A stretch of 41,113 nucleotides of DNA from IMG/VR virus record IMGVR_UViG_3300029787_000114, positions 1 to 41,113 of that record. The stretch is one strand, 5' to 3'. The stretch's first letter is position 1; each line of letters starts with the position of its first letter. This DNA is from a virus (taxonomy: Duplodnaviria; Caudoviricetes). The notes below the pieces were generated by a model. That model ran no database searches, was not told where the DNA came from, and saw only the letters and a program-made list of their open reading frames with translations. Position numbers and translations under genes: made by a program. Positions 9,297 to 16,788 of the stretch are shown here, one piece after another.

Positions 9297-10907
9297 TTAT
9301 ACCTCTCTATTTGATTTCTGCGCGTCTGCTACATTCTTAACAGCAGTACTTTCTTTTTGCGCTTGTTCAGCCTCCATCATAGCTTGTTGTTGCTCTTGTC
9401 TTGCTTCTCTTACTTCTTCTACTTTCTCTTTAGGAGCTAGTATAGCAGCTGGTGCATCTAGTAAATGATGAAAATATCTAAACGTTTCATCAGAGTCCAT
9501 GTTATCTAATAAATCAGGTTTAGCTTGAAATAATGGTACCATGCTTTCAAACAATCTATTTATTGATAGTAGCTGCCCTGATTTTTGAGCTCTTGCCATA
9601 GGAGAAGTATATTCAATTTTCATGTCCATACCTTCAAGAACCGCAGGCGCCTCAGGGATAGCTCCTTGCTTAACCATTATACCAAATACTCTTTCGATCA
9701 TTGGGCCGAGTAACTCTACTTGTAGTCTTCCAACCATTGGGCCCATAAGTCTCATCTTTTCTTCTTGCCTAGCTACAACTTCGGTTGCAGTCATTTGTCC
9801 TGCTTTTTGATCTGGCATCTTAAGCCAATCAACGTGGAAGGCACTTAATATATGTTGTCTTCTATTTTCTAATAAGTCAAATCCTATATCAGGTCTACCT
9901 CTTGTTTCTAGTGGCTCTATTTTTTCTTGTGTGCCTGCTCGATAAAAGTTTAATCCACCTGGCACAGTACGTACTGGTAATATAAAACCGTCATCAGGTA
10001 CTAGTAAAGGTGGGTCAACCATTTTTTGTGCTGACTTAATAATTGTTTTCATCATTGTATTTACCATTTTAATATCAGGTAATGATGTCATTGCCGGAGA
10101 TCTTCCGTATATTTCGCCTGCTACTTTTTGCCATCTAGGTACCATATATGGGAATTCATCGAATCCACTTTCTTCTAGTAAGGCTTTTTCCTCAAGTAAT
10201 ATGTAACAGGACTTAAACTCTTTATCAGTTGCTTTCTTATTTGGAATACCATAGCTTTCAGAAGGCTCAACAGCGTGTATAACTTCAAATTCTTTATATG
10301 GATCTTTGTAAGTCATTTCAACTACAGCTCTTGGTACTGCATCTCCAAAGCGTTCCATTAACTGTTTACCAGTTCTTTTATATCTACGATATAGTGTATC
10401 AACAAAACCTTTATCATTTTCTTGTATATAGCAATCTGCTAAATGATAAGTTCTAAATGTAATACCGTCCCCTGGTATATCTTGCACCATCATGACACCT
10501 GTACCAAATGAACCGAGGTCCAAGTACAACTCATGAGCTTGACTGTTAAAGTTAGATGTAGGTGAATTAAATACTCTGTCATATAGTGTTTGTGTACATA
10601 GATCCAACCATGACTTAACGGCAAATTCTTTATTTAATTCATCATCAAAAGTTTTTAGTTGAAACCATCTCTGAGACGGGGACGTCAAAAAACTATGTAA
10701 ACCACTTGCTAATTGTTCATTAGCGAGTGGTGCTGTTGTATCATAAATTCTATCTACACGATGTTGTGATCCTCTATATTGTTCTGTAGAAAAATCACCA
10801 CGATTAGGATTGACATAATCTGTGCAGTCCTGCCATAGGTTTTCCCAAGGGGATCTAAATGACTTTAAAGAATCACATTTAGCAATAATTGCTGATACTT
10901 GATCCAT
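9297..10907 (-). CDS. Portal protein (head-to-tail connector)
   Basis: LASGL.S.LT.P...WF, DL..FGTG, PY.VPRW....GEIYGRSP and MTATEV..R..EK...LGP-like motifs. Confidence 0.92.
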   Translation of the reverse strand: MDQVSAIIAKCDSLKSFRSPWENLWQDCTDYVNPNRGDFSTEQYRGSQHRVDRIYDTTAPLANEQLASGLHSFLTSPSQRWFQLKTFDDELNKEFAVKSWLDLCTQTLYDRVFNSPTSNFNSQAHELYLDLGSFGTGVMMVQDIPGDGITFRTYHLADCYIQENDKGFVDTLYRRYKRTGKQLMERFGDAVPRAVVEMTYKDPYKEFEVIHAVEPSESYGIPNKKATDKEFKSCYILLEEKALLEESGFDEFPYMVPRWQKVAGEIYGRSPAMTSLPDIKMVNTMMKTIIKSAQKMVDPPLLVPDDGFILPVRTVPGGLNFYRAGTQEKIEPLETRGRPDIGFDLLENRRQHILSAFHVDWLKMPDQKAGQMTATEVVARQEEKMRLMGPMVGRLQVELLGPMIERVFGIMVKQGAIPEAPAVLEGMDMKIEYTSPMARAQKSGQLLSINRLFESMVPLFQAKPDLLDNMDSDETFRYFHHLLDAPAAILAPKEKVEEVREARQEQQQAMMEAEQAQKESTAVKNVADAQKSNREV

Positions 10908-11125
10908 TATGCTCCTAATAGAGTTTTCTTAACTACGTTTGCTTCTTCTTCTACACCTTGACTAGAAGTTAAAATTGTTTGAGACCTACCATATTTTTGT
11001 TTTTTTACACCAGGTCTTTTAGCCATTTGTGGAGCTGCTGGTGGTTTTGGAGGTGGCGCCAATTTAGGTGAACCGCCTGTAACACTTTTAACTACTCCTG
11101 TAACTGCTCTTACTGCTCCGCCCAT
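10907..11125 (-). CDS. Small Pro/Lys-rich virion-associated protein
   Basis: GR..TILT...G and KKTLLG C-terminal pattern; lies between terminase and portal. Confidence 0.65.
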   Translation of the reverse strand: MGGAVRAVTGVVKSVTGGSPKLAPPPKPPAAPQMAKRPGVKKQKYGRSQTILTSSQGVEEEANVVKKTLLGA

Positions 11126-11126
11126 A

Positions 11127-12422
11127 TTATTCTCCTAAAATACTATATTCACTTTCAGCATAAGTTGGAAGCTCATGCTTTTGTTTTACATTTTCCCTTG
11201 TGCCTAAAGCAAGGTACCTAAAAGCATCTGCAGCATGGCTGCTCCAATCATGTAAAGGTTTATTTGAATAAACCTTTCGCTTATCATCGTAACTTTTACG
11301 GTACTGCCTTAAAGCCTCTATTAGTAATGTACACTTTTTTTCATCAAAATAACACCGCGGAATGATACTTCTTGCCGCTTCTATACCATCATCTACCTGT
11401 ATATGTTTACACATCGTAAAGGTAAGTCCTAGCTCTCTAGCTACTTCCCACCTAGATTTACCTGTACCCATCTCTCTAACTTTTATATCGTGTGGCGCGA
11501 TATGCGTTCCGTAGTTATAATCACGACCTCTTAGCTCTTTTATATAGTGAGCTATACCTTCTCCTTGGTTTTCATAATAATCTATTATTCTAATTTCCTT
11601 GTGAAACTGCTGAAAAAATATTATAGCTGTAGAATCTCCCATACCCAAGTCCCACGATGTATGAACTTCTAGTCTCGGCTCATGCGGCACTTTTGTTATT
11701 CGCTCGTCTTCTAGTGCTCTGGACATAAGGTTACCGTAATAAGATCCAGTAAGAGGTGCATCAAAACTACAGAAAAATTCTTGTTGTATTAATTCTTCTG
11801 GCATACCCGCTTCACGTTCTTCTTCTATAGCACCTTCATCTAGTACGCCTGTAGTAGCTACGCTTAATCGCTCACTGAACCATCTGTCATTTCGCTCAGC
11901 CATATTATACATGTCATATCCGTGATTTCTACCTCTAGCGGTATAAATAAATACTGCCCATCCTCCATTCTCTGCCAAGATGGGACGAACGAGATCCCAT
12001 GCCCTTGGATCCTGAAGACTGTATTCTGAGAATATAACTCCGACGGGGTTTGATCCCACCAGGCGGTCAACGTTATCTGTTCCAACAACTTGGTAAATTG
12101 ATCCATTTTTTAACTCCAATCGCATGTCGGTATTATTAACACCAGCCCAAAGTTCTTTTGGGAAGTGTTCTAGAAACGAGCGACCGTCCCTGGTCATACC
12201 ATCCCAGATGATCTTTCTTCCTTGATTATAAGTCGGTAGTAAATGCCAGTACAAACCTTTTCGTTTTATCGCGGCAGTTGCGCACCAGTTAACAGAAAGT
12301 AGATCTTTGCCGGCTCGTCTGTGCCAGACTGCTACGGCTCTTTTACCACCTTTTTCTAGATATTCCCAAAGGCTGCGCTGGTAACTTCTTGGTTGCCAGT
12401 CTTGTGGTACCTGTATTTCCAT
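11127..12422 (-). CDS. terL: Terminase large subunit
   Basis: Walker A-like HRRAGKD, Walker B-like VIFSE, nuclease motifs WDLGMGD and HDWSSHAADAFRY. Confidence 0.93.
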   Translation of the reverse strand: MEIQVPQDWQPRSYQRSLWEYLEKGGKRAVAVWHRRAGKDLLSVNWCATAAIKRKGLYWHLLPTYNQGRKIIWDGMTRDGRSFLEHFPKELWAGVNNTDMRLELKNGSIYQVVGTDNVDRLVGSNPVGVIFSEYSLQDPRAWDLVRPILAENGGWAVFIYTARGRNHGYDMYNMAERNDRWFSERLSVATTGVLDEGAIEEEREAGMPEELIQQEFFCSFDAPLTGSYYGNLMSRALEDERITKVPHEPRLEVHTSWDLGMGDSTAIIFFQQFHKEIRIIDYYENQGEGIAHYIKELRGRDYNYGTHIAPHDIKVREMGTGKSRWEVARELGLTFTMCKHIQVDDGIEAARSIIPRCYFDEKKCTLLIEALRQYRKSYDDKRKVYSNKPLHDWSSHAADAFRYLALGTRENVKQKHELPTYAESEYSILGE

Positions 12423-12424
12423 AT

Positions 12425-12724
12425 TTACTCTTCTAGTTTTTTAGTATCTGCAAAACTTAATACATTTACGTTGAGTCCTGCATCTATTGTTGCGTCTAGT
12501 TCTACTGCTCTTCTCTTAGGAGCGACGTACTGTGCTAATTCTTTGTTTGCTTGAAACCTTAATTCCGGTGTATTACTAGGATCCATCGCTATATTAGCTA
12601 AAGCTTCTATAGGATTACAACCTACATCATCTAATTGCTGCAATACAGCAACAGCTTTATCACCTAAAGCTCCCTTAGGTCTACCCGAACCTTTTCTATA
12701 TCCACCTGCACCTTGCTTACTCAT
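12425..12724 (-). CDS. terS: Putative terminase small subunit
   Basis: GG.R.GSGRPKG N-terminus and ELAQYVAPKRRAVE; directly upstream of terL. Confidence 0.65.
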   Translation of the reverse strand: MSKQGAGGYRKGSGRPKGALGDKAVAVLQQLDDVGCNPIEALANIAMDPSNTPELRFQANKELAQYVAPKRRAVELDATIDAGLNVNVLSFADTKKLEE

Positions 12725-12970
12725 GCTATCATTATAAGATACGTTGTATATAAAAGTAAACTACTTATTGGCATATTGTATTTATTGGCATTTACCACCG
12801 GTTTATTATTTTTTTTTACTTTTTTTCCCTATATACCCTGTATTAGTTTATCCGTTGGCATATTTTACCACCTTCCGACGACTAGGTTGGTGTATACGAA
12901 CCCCGCGCGGGAAAAGTGACGCCCGGTACTCTTTTACGCGGCAAAAACGCCAAAACTTAAAAACGTTTTT

Positions 12971-13170
12971 CTAATATAATAATATTTTAATATATTAATA
13001 TAATTATTTAATAATAGAAGAATATTAGCGATTCGTAATACTTGGCTGGATGGATTTGATAATGGATGCGATACATATTCTGATACTATTTGATTATGTA
13101 TCAAATTATCTGCTAATATTATAATATAATAATATTAGTATATTAGCGGAATTATTTTAAAAAAAAGTGA
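12971..13170. other. Very AT-rich non-coding segment between the divergent genome arms
   Basis: Nearly all A/T at 12971-13020 and 13113-13166; TAATATAATAATATT occurs twice; AATATTAGC / GCTAATATT inverted pair. Confidence 0.5.
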
Positions 13171-13178
13171 AAATAGTT

Positions 13179-13207
13179 GTGTACTTTTATCCGATTCGTG
13201 ATATATT
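13179..13207 (+). promoter_or_regulatory. Putative early promoter P1
   Basis: TGTACT-16 nt-TATATT preceded by an A-tract; resembles P2-P5. Confidence 0.45.
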
Positions 13208-13316
13208 GGTTCCAGATTCACAAGCTTTACGTGAATCATTAGAAGTAGCATTCATGGTTGCTTCGATATATAGCAATCTGGTGCTACATTATTTTTAACT
13301 AAAATAGGAGTAGCTT

Positions 13317-13601
13317 ATGAAAAAAGCAAATATTTATGTATTTAATGTAGAAAATTTCGCAGTGAGAATCACAAAGCAGATTCAGCAGATTCAAGCAGCT
13401 GTAGAGGATTCTGAAAGTACAACTTTCACAAAATCTGAGCTTGAGCAGCTTTTAAATATGGCTGAAGATTCTGGTACTTTAATCACTCGTCAGGCGCCGT
13501 GGAGAATATTCGCATATTATAAAAATGAGATGATTCGCCGTGGGATTCTAGAAGTTCGAGCAATCGAAGAAATAGAGCAAGACGAGCAAGCTGCGGGGTA
13601 A
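13317..13601 (+). CDS. Hypothetical early protein, paralogue 1 (T.Q.PWRIF.YY family)
   Basis: AGGAG RBS; own promoter and terminator; similar to 14752-15138. Confidence 0.85.
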   Translation: MKKANIYVFNVENFAVRITKQIQQIQAAVEDSESTTFTKSELEQLLNMAEDSGTLITRQAPWRIFAYYKNEMIRRGILEVRAIEEIEQDEQAAG

Positions 13602-13612
13602 CCTGAACCATG

Positions 13613-13640
13613 AAAAGGCGACGCAAGTCGCCTTTTTTTT
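13613..13640 (+). terminator. Rho-independent terminator
   Basis: AAAAGGCGAC-GCAA-GTCGCCTTTT followed by a T-run. Confidence 0.9.
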
Positions 13641-13773
13641 ATTTTTTTTTAAGTATTGTAGCACTTAAGTCGTCGACACCGTAAAACAACAAATATTTTA
13701 TGATCTGATGCCGTCGCAAAAATACACTATTATATATATATAAAAATTTACCTTGCAGTAGCGAACATAGCAG

Positions 13774-13802
13774 TTAACAACAATAATTATTCGTTATACA
13801 AT
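13774..13802 (+). promoter_or_regulatory. Putative sigma70-type promoter P2
   Basis: TTAACA-17 nt-TACAAT. Confidence 0.65.
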
Positions 13803-13839
13803 AGTCCTGTAAGTTTAATTATACAAAAGTGAGGTGCTT

Positions 13840-14070
13840 ATGACACAAGCAGAGCTAGAAAAGCGTTTCAGTAGTATTTGTAATAAAAATCATTGGAAAG
13901 ACGAAGTACATAGCTTAGTTCTTAAAAAAGATTTTGACGAGTATAATAAAGCAGTAATTCATTTTACTGGCGGTAGTTTACAAATATTATCGGAAATACC
14001 GATGGAAAGTAGTGGTGTTACAGTTCTCGAAGTTTATTCGGAAGGCTACTGGTACCACATTGGAAGTTAA
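13840..14070 (+). CDS. Hypothetical early protein, 76 aa
   Basis: GAGGTGCTT-ATG start at 13840; ends in YSEGYWYHIGS. Confidence 0.8.
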   Translation: MTQAELEKRFSSICNKNHWKDEVHSLVLKKDFDEYNKAVIHFTGGSLQILSEIPMESSGVTVLEVYSEGYWYHIGS

Positions 14071-14088
14071 CTAAAAGCGGAGGTGCTT

Positions 14089-14190
14089 ATGATGATGTTT
14101 TTTATAATAGGTTTTTACATGGGAGTTATGTTCACAGCGATGGGTTTACTCATCTACATGCATCATAACGATATGAAACAATACACTTAG
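14089..14190 (+). CDS. Membrane micro-protein, 33 aa (MMMFFIIGFYMGVMFTAMGLLIYMHHNDMKQYT)
   Basis: GGAGGTGCTT-ATG; one hydrophobic segment; its TAG stop overlaps the next RBS. Confidence 0.7.
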   Translation: MMMFFIIGFYMGVMFTAMGLLIYMHHNDMKQYT

Positions 14191-14199
14191 GAGGTGCTT

Positions 14200-14334
14200 A
14201 TGACACAAGAAGAGCTAGAAATAATTAAGAACAAAGTGGATGACTTAGGTTGGGACTTCCACAGACTTAGTGAAGGTGGCCAAGAAGTTTACGTAGAAAT
14301 ATGTAGACTACTTGGTTGGAAATTTGAACATTAG
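14200..14334 (+). CDS. Hypothetical micro-protein, 44 aa (MTQEELEIIKNKVDDLGWDFHRLSEGGQEVYVEICRLLGWKFEH)
   Basis: TAGGAGGTGCTT-ATG; manual translation. Confidence 0.75.
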   Translation: MTQEELEIIKNKVDDLGWDFHRLSEGGQEVYVEICRLLGWKFEH

Positions 14335-14343
14335 GAGGTGCTT

Positions 14344-14505
14344 ATGCGACATTTAAGTGTTATTAGCTTCTTGCTAGGCTTTATTATGGTAGCAGGAGTT
14401 ATGGGTCACATCGAAAATACAATAGACATCGACTGGTCTAGAGTATGGATATGGGCTGGCGCAGGCTACATGTTTATGTGGCTTGGCGTAAAGAGTATGG
14501 AATAG
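14344..14505 (+). CDS. Membrane micro-protein, 53 aa, two hydrophobic segments
   Basis: TAGGAGGTGCTT-ATG; MRHLSVISFLLGFIMVAGVMGHIENTIDIDWSRVWIWAGAGYMFMWLGVKSME. Confidence 0.7.
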   Translation: MRHLSVISFLLGFIMVAGVMGHIENTIDIDWSRVWIWAGAGYMFMWLGVKSME

Positions 14506-14514
14506 GAGGCGTTT

Positions 14515-14610
14515 ATGTTAGTAGGTGAAATATTACTTACAATATGTGTAGTGGCAATAATTATACTTGCAGTTTATTTATTTATTGCCAGCTACCCTAG
14601 AGATTATTAA
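14515..14610 (+). CDS. Membrane micro-protein, 31 aa (MLVGEILLTICVVAIIILAVYLFIASYPRDY)
   Basis: TAGGAGGCGTTT-ATG; single hydrophobic segment. Confidence 0.65.
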   Translation: MLVGEILLTICVVAIIILAVYLFIASYPRDY

Positions 14611-14614
14611 AACT

Positions 14615-14672
14615 ACTATATTTAGAATATCTGATCTTGGCGGTATACTTATCGGATATTCTATTATATAGT
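14615..14672 (+). promoter_or_regulatory. Putative promoter P3 inside a long inverted repeat
   Basis: TATACT (14644)-17 nt-TATAGT (14667); arms TAGAATATCTGAT (14623-14635) and ATCGGATATTCTA (14651-14663) are 12/13 complementary. Confidence 0.6.
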
Positions 14673-14751
14673 GAGCTTGATGGTAAATTTATATTATCAT
14701 CGATTTATTACAACTTAATTATTTTACAATCACGTACCATAGGAGGTGCAT

Positions 14752-15138
14752 ATGAGTAAAAAAAGCGTAAGCTACGTTTTTAACGTAGATGCTAATTACG
14801 ATAAAGCAACACCGCAGGTCAAGCAGATCTTAAAAGGCGTTGCAGACAGTAAGAAGCATACATTCACATTAGCGGAGATGAAAGAGTTCATCGCTAAGTT
14901 ATCAAACGATGGTTTTTTGGTTACAACGCAAGTTCCATGGCGTATCTTCCAATATTATAGACAAAGCATGATCGACAATGACTTTATGTCTCAACGTAAT
15001 GACGAGTCTATAGAAGATGTGTTGCCTGCAAATGCAAGTAAGGCAAAAGTTGCAAAGCACGCTGTAAACAAGCTATTCGATAGCAAGAAGACTGTTGTGA
15101 AGCGTAAAAATAAGCCCGCCCCGGCTATCCACATTTAG
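14752..15138 (+). CDS. Hypothetical early protein, paralogue 2, with a Lys-rich tail
   Basis: AGGAGGTGCAT-ATG at 14752; YVFNV...TTQVPWRIFQYY motif. Confidence 0.85.
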   Translation: MSKKSVSYVFNVDANYDKATPQVKQILKGVADSKKHTFTLAEMKEFIAKLSNDGFLVTTQVPWRIFQYYRQSMIDNDFMSQRNDESIEDVLPANASKAKVAKHAVNKLFDSKKTVVKRKNKPAPAIHI

Positions 15139-15153
15139 TACTGTGGTAAAATT

Positions 15154-15182
15154 AAGGACGTCATTTTGGCGTCCTTTTTTTT
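15154..15182 (+). terminator. Rho-independent terminator
   Basis: AAGGACGTCA-TTT-TGGCGTCCTT followed by a T-run. Confidence 0.85.
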
Positions 15183-15350
15183 ATTACTATATAGAGAACT
15201 TTGTAGTTTTTTTATTTTTTTTCAGCTAAAGTTACCAATAGACTAATACATTTACTTAATCGATGGTTTAAGACCTTGTTTTATATATATTTCTGATGTA
15301 TTGGACCTATATATTGGTATTAAAATAGTGGCAATAAAGATCAATACAGT

Positions 15351-15381
15351 TGTACCCTGCAAAATTATTCTATTATATAAT
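15351..15381 (+). promoter_or_regulatory. Putative promoter P4
   Basis: Perfect TATAAT at 15376 in the shared context TATTCTATTATATAAT; weak -35. Confidence 0.5.
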
Positions 15382-15411
15382 GAATCATAGTTCATTCACC
15401 GGAGAAACTTG

Positions 15412-15495
15412 ATGAGCAATTTTAAAGGTTTATTGCTGGTGTTATGTTCTTACGTGATCTACGCAGTAGTTATGTATTTGATAGCCATTGTGTAG
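15412..15495 (+). CDS. Putative membrane micro-protein, 27 aa (MSNFKGLLLVLCSYVIYAVVMYLIAIV)
   Basis: GGAG upstream; hydrophobic; lies between P4 and the DUF932 gene. Confidence 0.45.
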   Translation: MSNFKGLLLVLCSYVIYAVVMYLIAIV

Positions 15496-15525
15496 ATAAT
15501 TATAATTTACCAGAGAGGTAGAGAT

Positions 15526-16482
15526 ATGACAGCTAATGTTGAAAATATGGCATACGCTGGAAAAGTACCATGGCACGGCCTTGGAACCAAGGTCTCCGAG
15601 ACGATCACTCCTGACGAAATGCAAATAGCAGCAGGTCTTGATTGGGAAGTTAATAAAACTCCCTTCATGAATCCTATTACTAAGGCAGAGTCAGAAGACT
15701 GGTCTATGCTCGTCAGAAGTTCAGACGGCAAGGAGTTTGGTCCATGTGGCAAGAAGTATGTACCGGTACAAAATAGGGACGCCCTTGGTTTTTTTAAGAA
15801 GTTCACAGAGTCAGGTAAGATGCAGTTAGAGACAGCTGGTTCGCTTGACGGTGGTAGACGTGTGTTTGTTCTAGCAAAGACAACTCAATCATTTCGCTTA
15901 GCTAAAGCTAAGGACGATAAGGTTGATTCGTACTTGTTTTGTTATCATCCACACATCTGGGGACAATCTTTAAAAGTCATGTGGACCCCGATCCGCGTAG
16001 TATGTCAAAATACTCTCATGCAGGCTCTTGGAAGTAAAAGTGCAGAATTTCGTATGCCGCACGTTACTGAGTTCAATGCTGATATGCAATTTAAGGCCGA
16101 AAGTGCTTTAGGTCTTGCAGACGAGCAAATGAAACAGTTCCAAGATACAGCTGAGATTTTATCGATGACAGAGTTTACCGATCAGAAGCTATGGAGATAC
16201 TGGGCGTCTTTATTCCAGCCTTCATTAGTCAATGAGAAGAAGATAACTCCGGATATGTTTAATAGAACCATGGAGCACATGAATGTATTGCTACATAAGC
16301 AGCCAGGCGCTGAATATGCTAAAAATACATGGTGGCAGGCATTAAATACTGTTACTTACTATGTGGACCACAAGTCAGGTAGGGAGCGTGATGCTACCAT
16401 GACCAGCTCGTGGTTAGGTCAAAAGGGCGCCGTTAAGCGAAAAGCTTTGGCACAGGCTACTCAACTAGCACGCGCAGCTTAG
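15526..16482 (+). CDS. DUF932-family phage/plasmid protein
   Basis: MAY.G.VPWHGLG, AAGLDWEV, Y.PVQN, ETAGSL.GGR.V and TPIRVVC.NTL motifs. Confidence 0.88.
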   Translation: MTANVENMAYAGKVPWHGLGTKVSETITPDEMQIAAGLDWEVNKTPFMNPITKAESEDWSMLVRSSDGKEFGPCGKKYVPVQNRDALGFFKKFTESGKMQLETAGSLDGGRRVFVLAKTTQSFRLAKAKDDKVDSYLFCYHPHIWGQSLKVMWTPIRVVCQNTLMQALGSKSAEFRMPHVTEFNADMQFKAESALGLADEQMKQFQDTAEILSMTEFTDQKLWRYWASLFQPSLVNEKKITPDMFNRTMEHMNVLLHKQPGAEYAKNTWWQALNTVTYYVDHKSGRERDATMTSSWLGQKGAVKRKALAQATQLARAA

Positions 16483-16498
16483 GACCGTCATGGAAGAC

Positions 16499-16643
16499 AC
16501 ATCTCTACGCGGTATCGGGGATGTAAAATAAAAGATACCGCACTTAGCGTCAGGGGGACCACCAATATGGAGCCGAGTCCTTAAACTGCTGAAGGCTATC
16601 AGACCAGGATTTAATTGCCTGGACGTACCCTGACTGCTATTTT
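16499..16643 (+). ncRNA. Candidate structured RNA: H-type pseudoknot plus four-way junction
   Basis: ACATCTCT/GGGGATGT and GCGGTATC/GATACCGC interleaved; then TAGC-GTCAGGG / CCCTGAC-T-GCTA closes three hairpins. Confidence 0.55.
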
Positions 16644-16665
16644 ATTATAAGGGTATACTTGGCTG

Positions 16666-16694
16666 TTCACAGCAATAAATATCCGTTATATAAT
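16666..16694 (+). promoter_or_regulatory. Putative sigma70-type promoter P5
   Basis: TTCACA-17 nt-TATAAT. Confidence 0.75.
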
Positions 16695-16716
16695 AGTACA
16701 GTAACCAGGAGGTATT

Positions 16717-16779
16717 ATGGAACAACTTATATTATTAGTAGTTATAGTGTGGCTTGTATGGCGCGCTGTCAATGCCTAG
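16717..16779 (+). CDS. Membrane micro-protein, 20 aa (MEQLILLVVIVWLVWRAVNA)
   Basis: AGGAGGTATT-ATG; its TAG stop overlaps the next AGGAGG. Confidence 0.6.
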   Translation: MEQLILLVVIVWLVWRAVNA

Positions 16780-16788
16780 GAGGTGTTT

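Noticed and set aside
1615-12106. Short ORFs at 1615, 4608, 5763, 7366, 8054, 9622 and 11864
   Set aside because: Antisense or alternate-frame shadows of well-supported structural genes.
12713-12974. Two overlapping plus-strand ORFs of 68 and 76 aa
   Set aside because: No RBS, non-ATG starts and poly-T-derived composition; the region looks regulatory.
13831-14520. GAGGTGCTTATG repeats as a CRISPR array
   Set aside because: Repeats are only 12-15 nt, spacing is irregular at 110-250 nt, and the spacers are ORFs.
16490-16531. 13-codon ORF MEDTSLRGIGDVK
   Set aside because: Weak RBS, and it coincides with the pseudoknot, which explains the sequence better.
16545-16639. Cloverleaf as a tRNA, or as a hammerhead or pistol ribozyme
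   Set aside because: No T-loop GTTC, D-loop or CCA pattern, and the conserved ribozyme cores and topologies are not matched.
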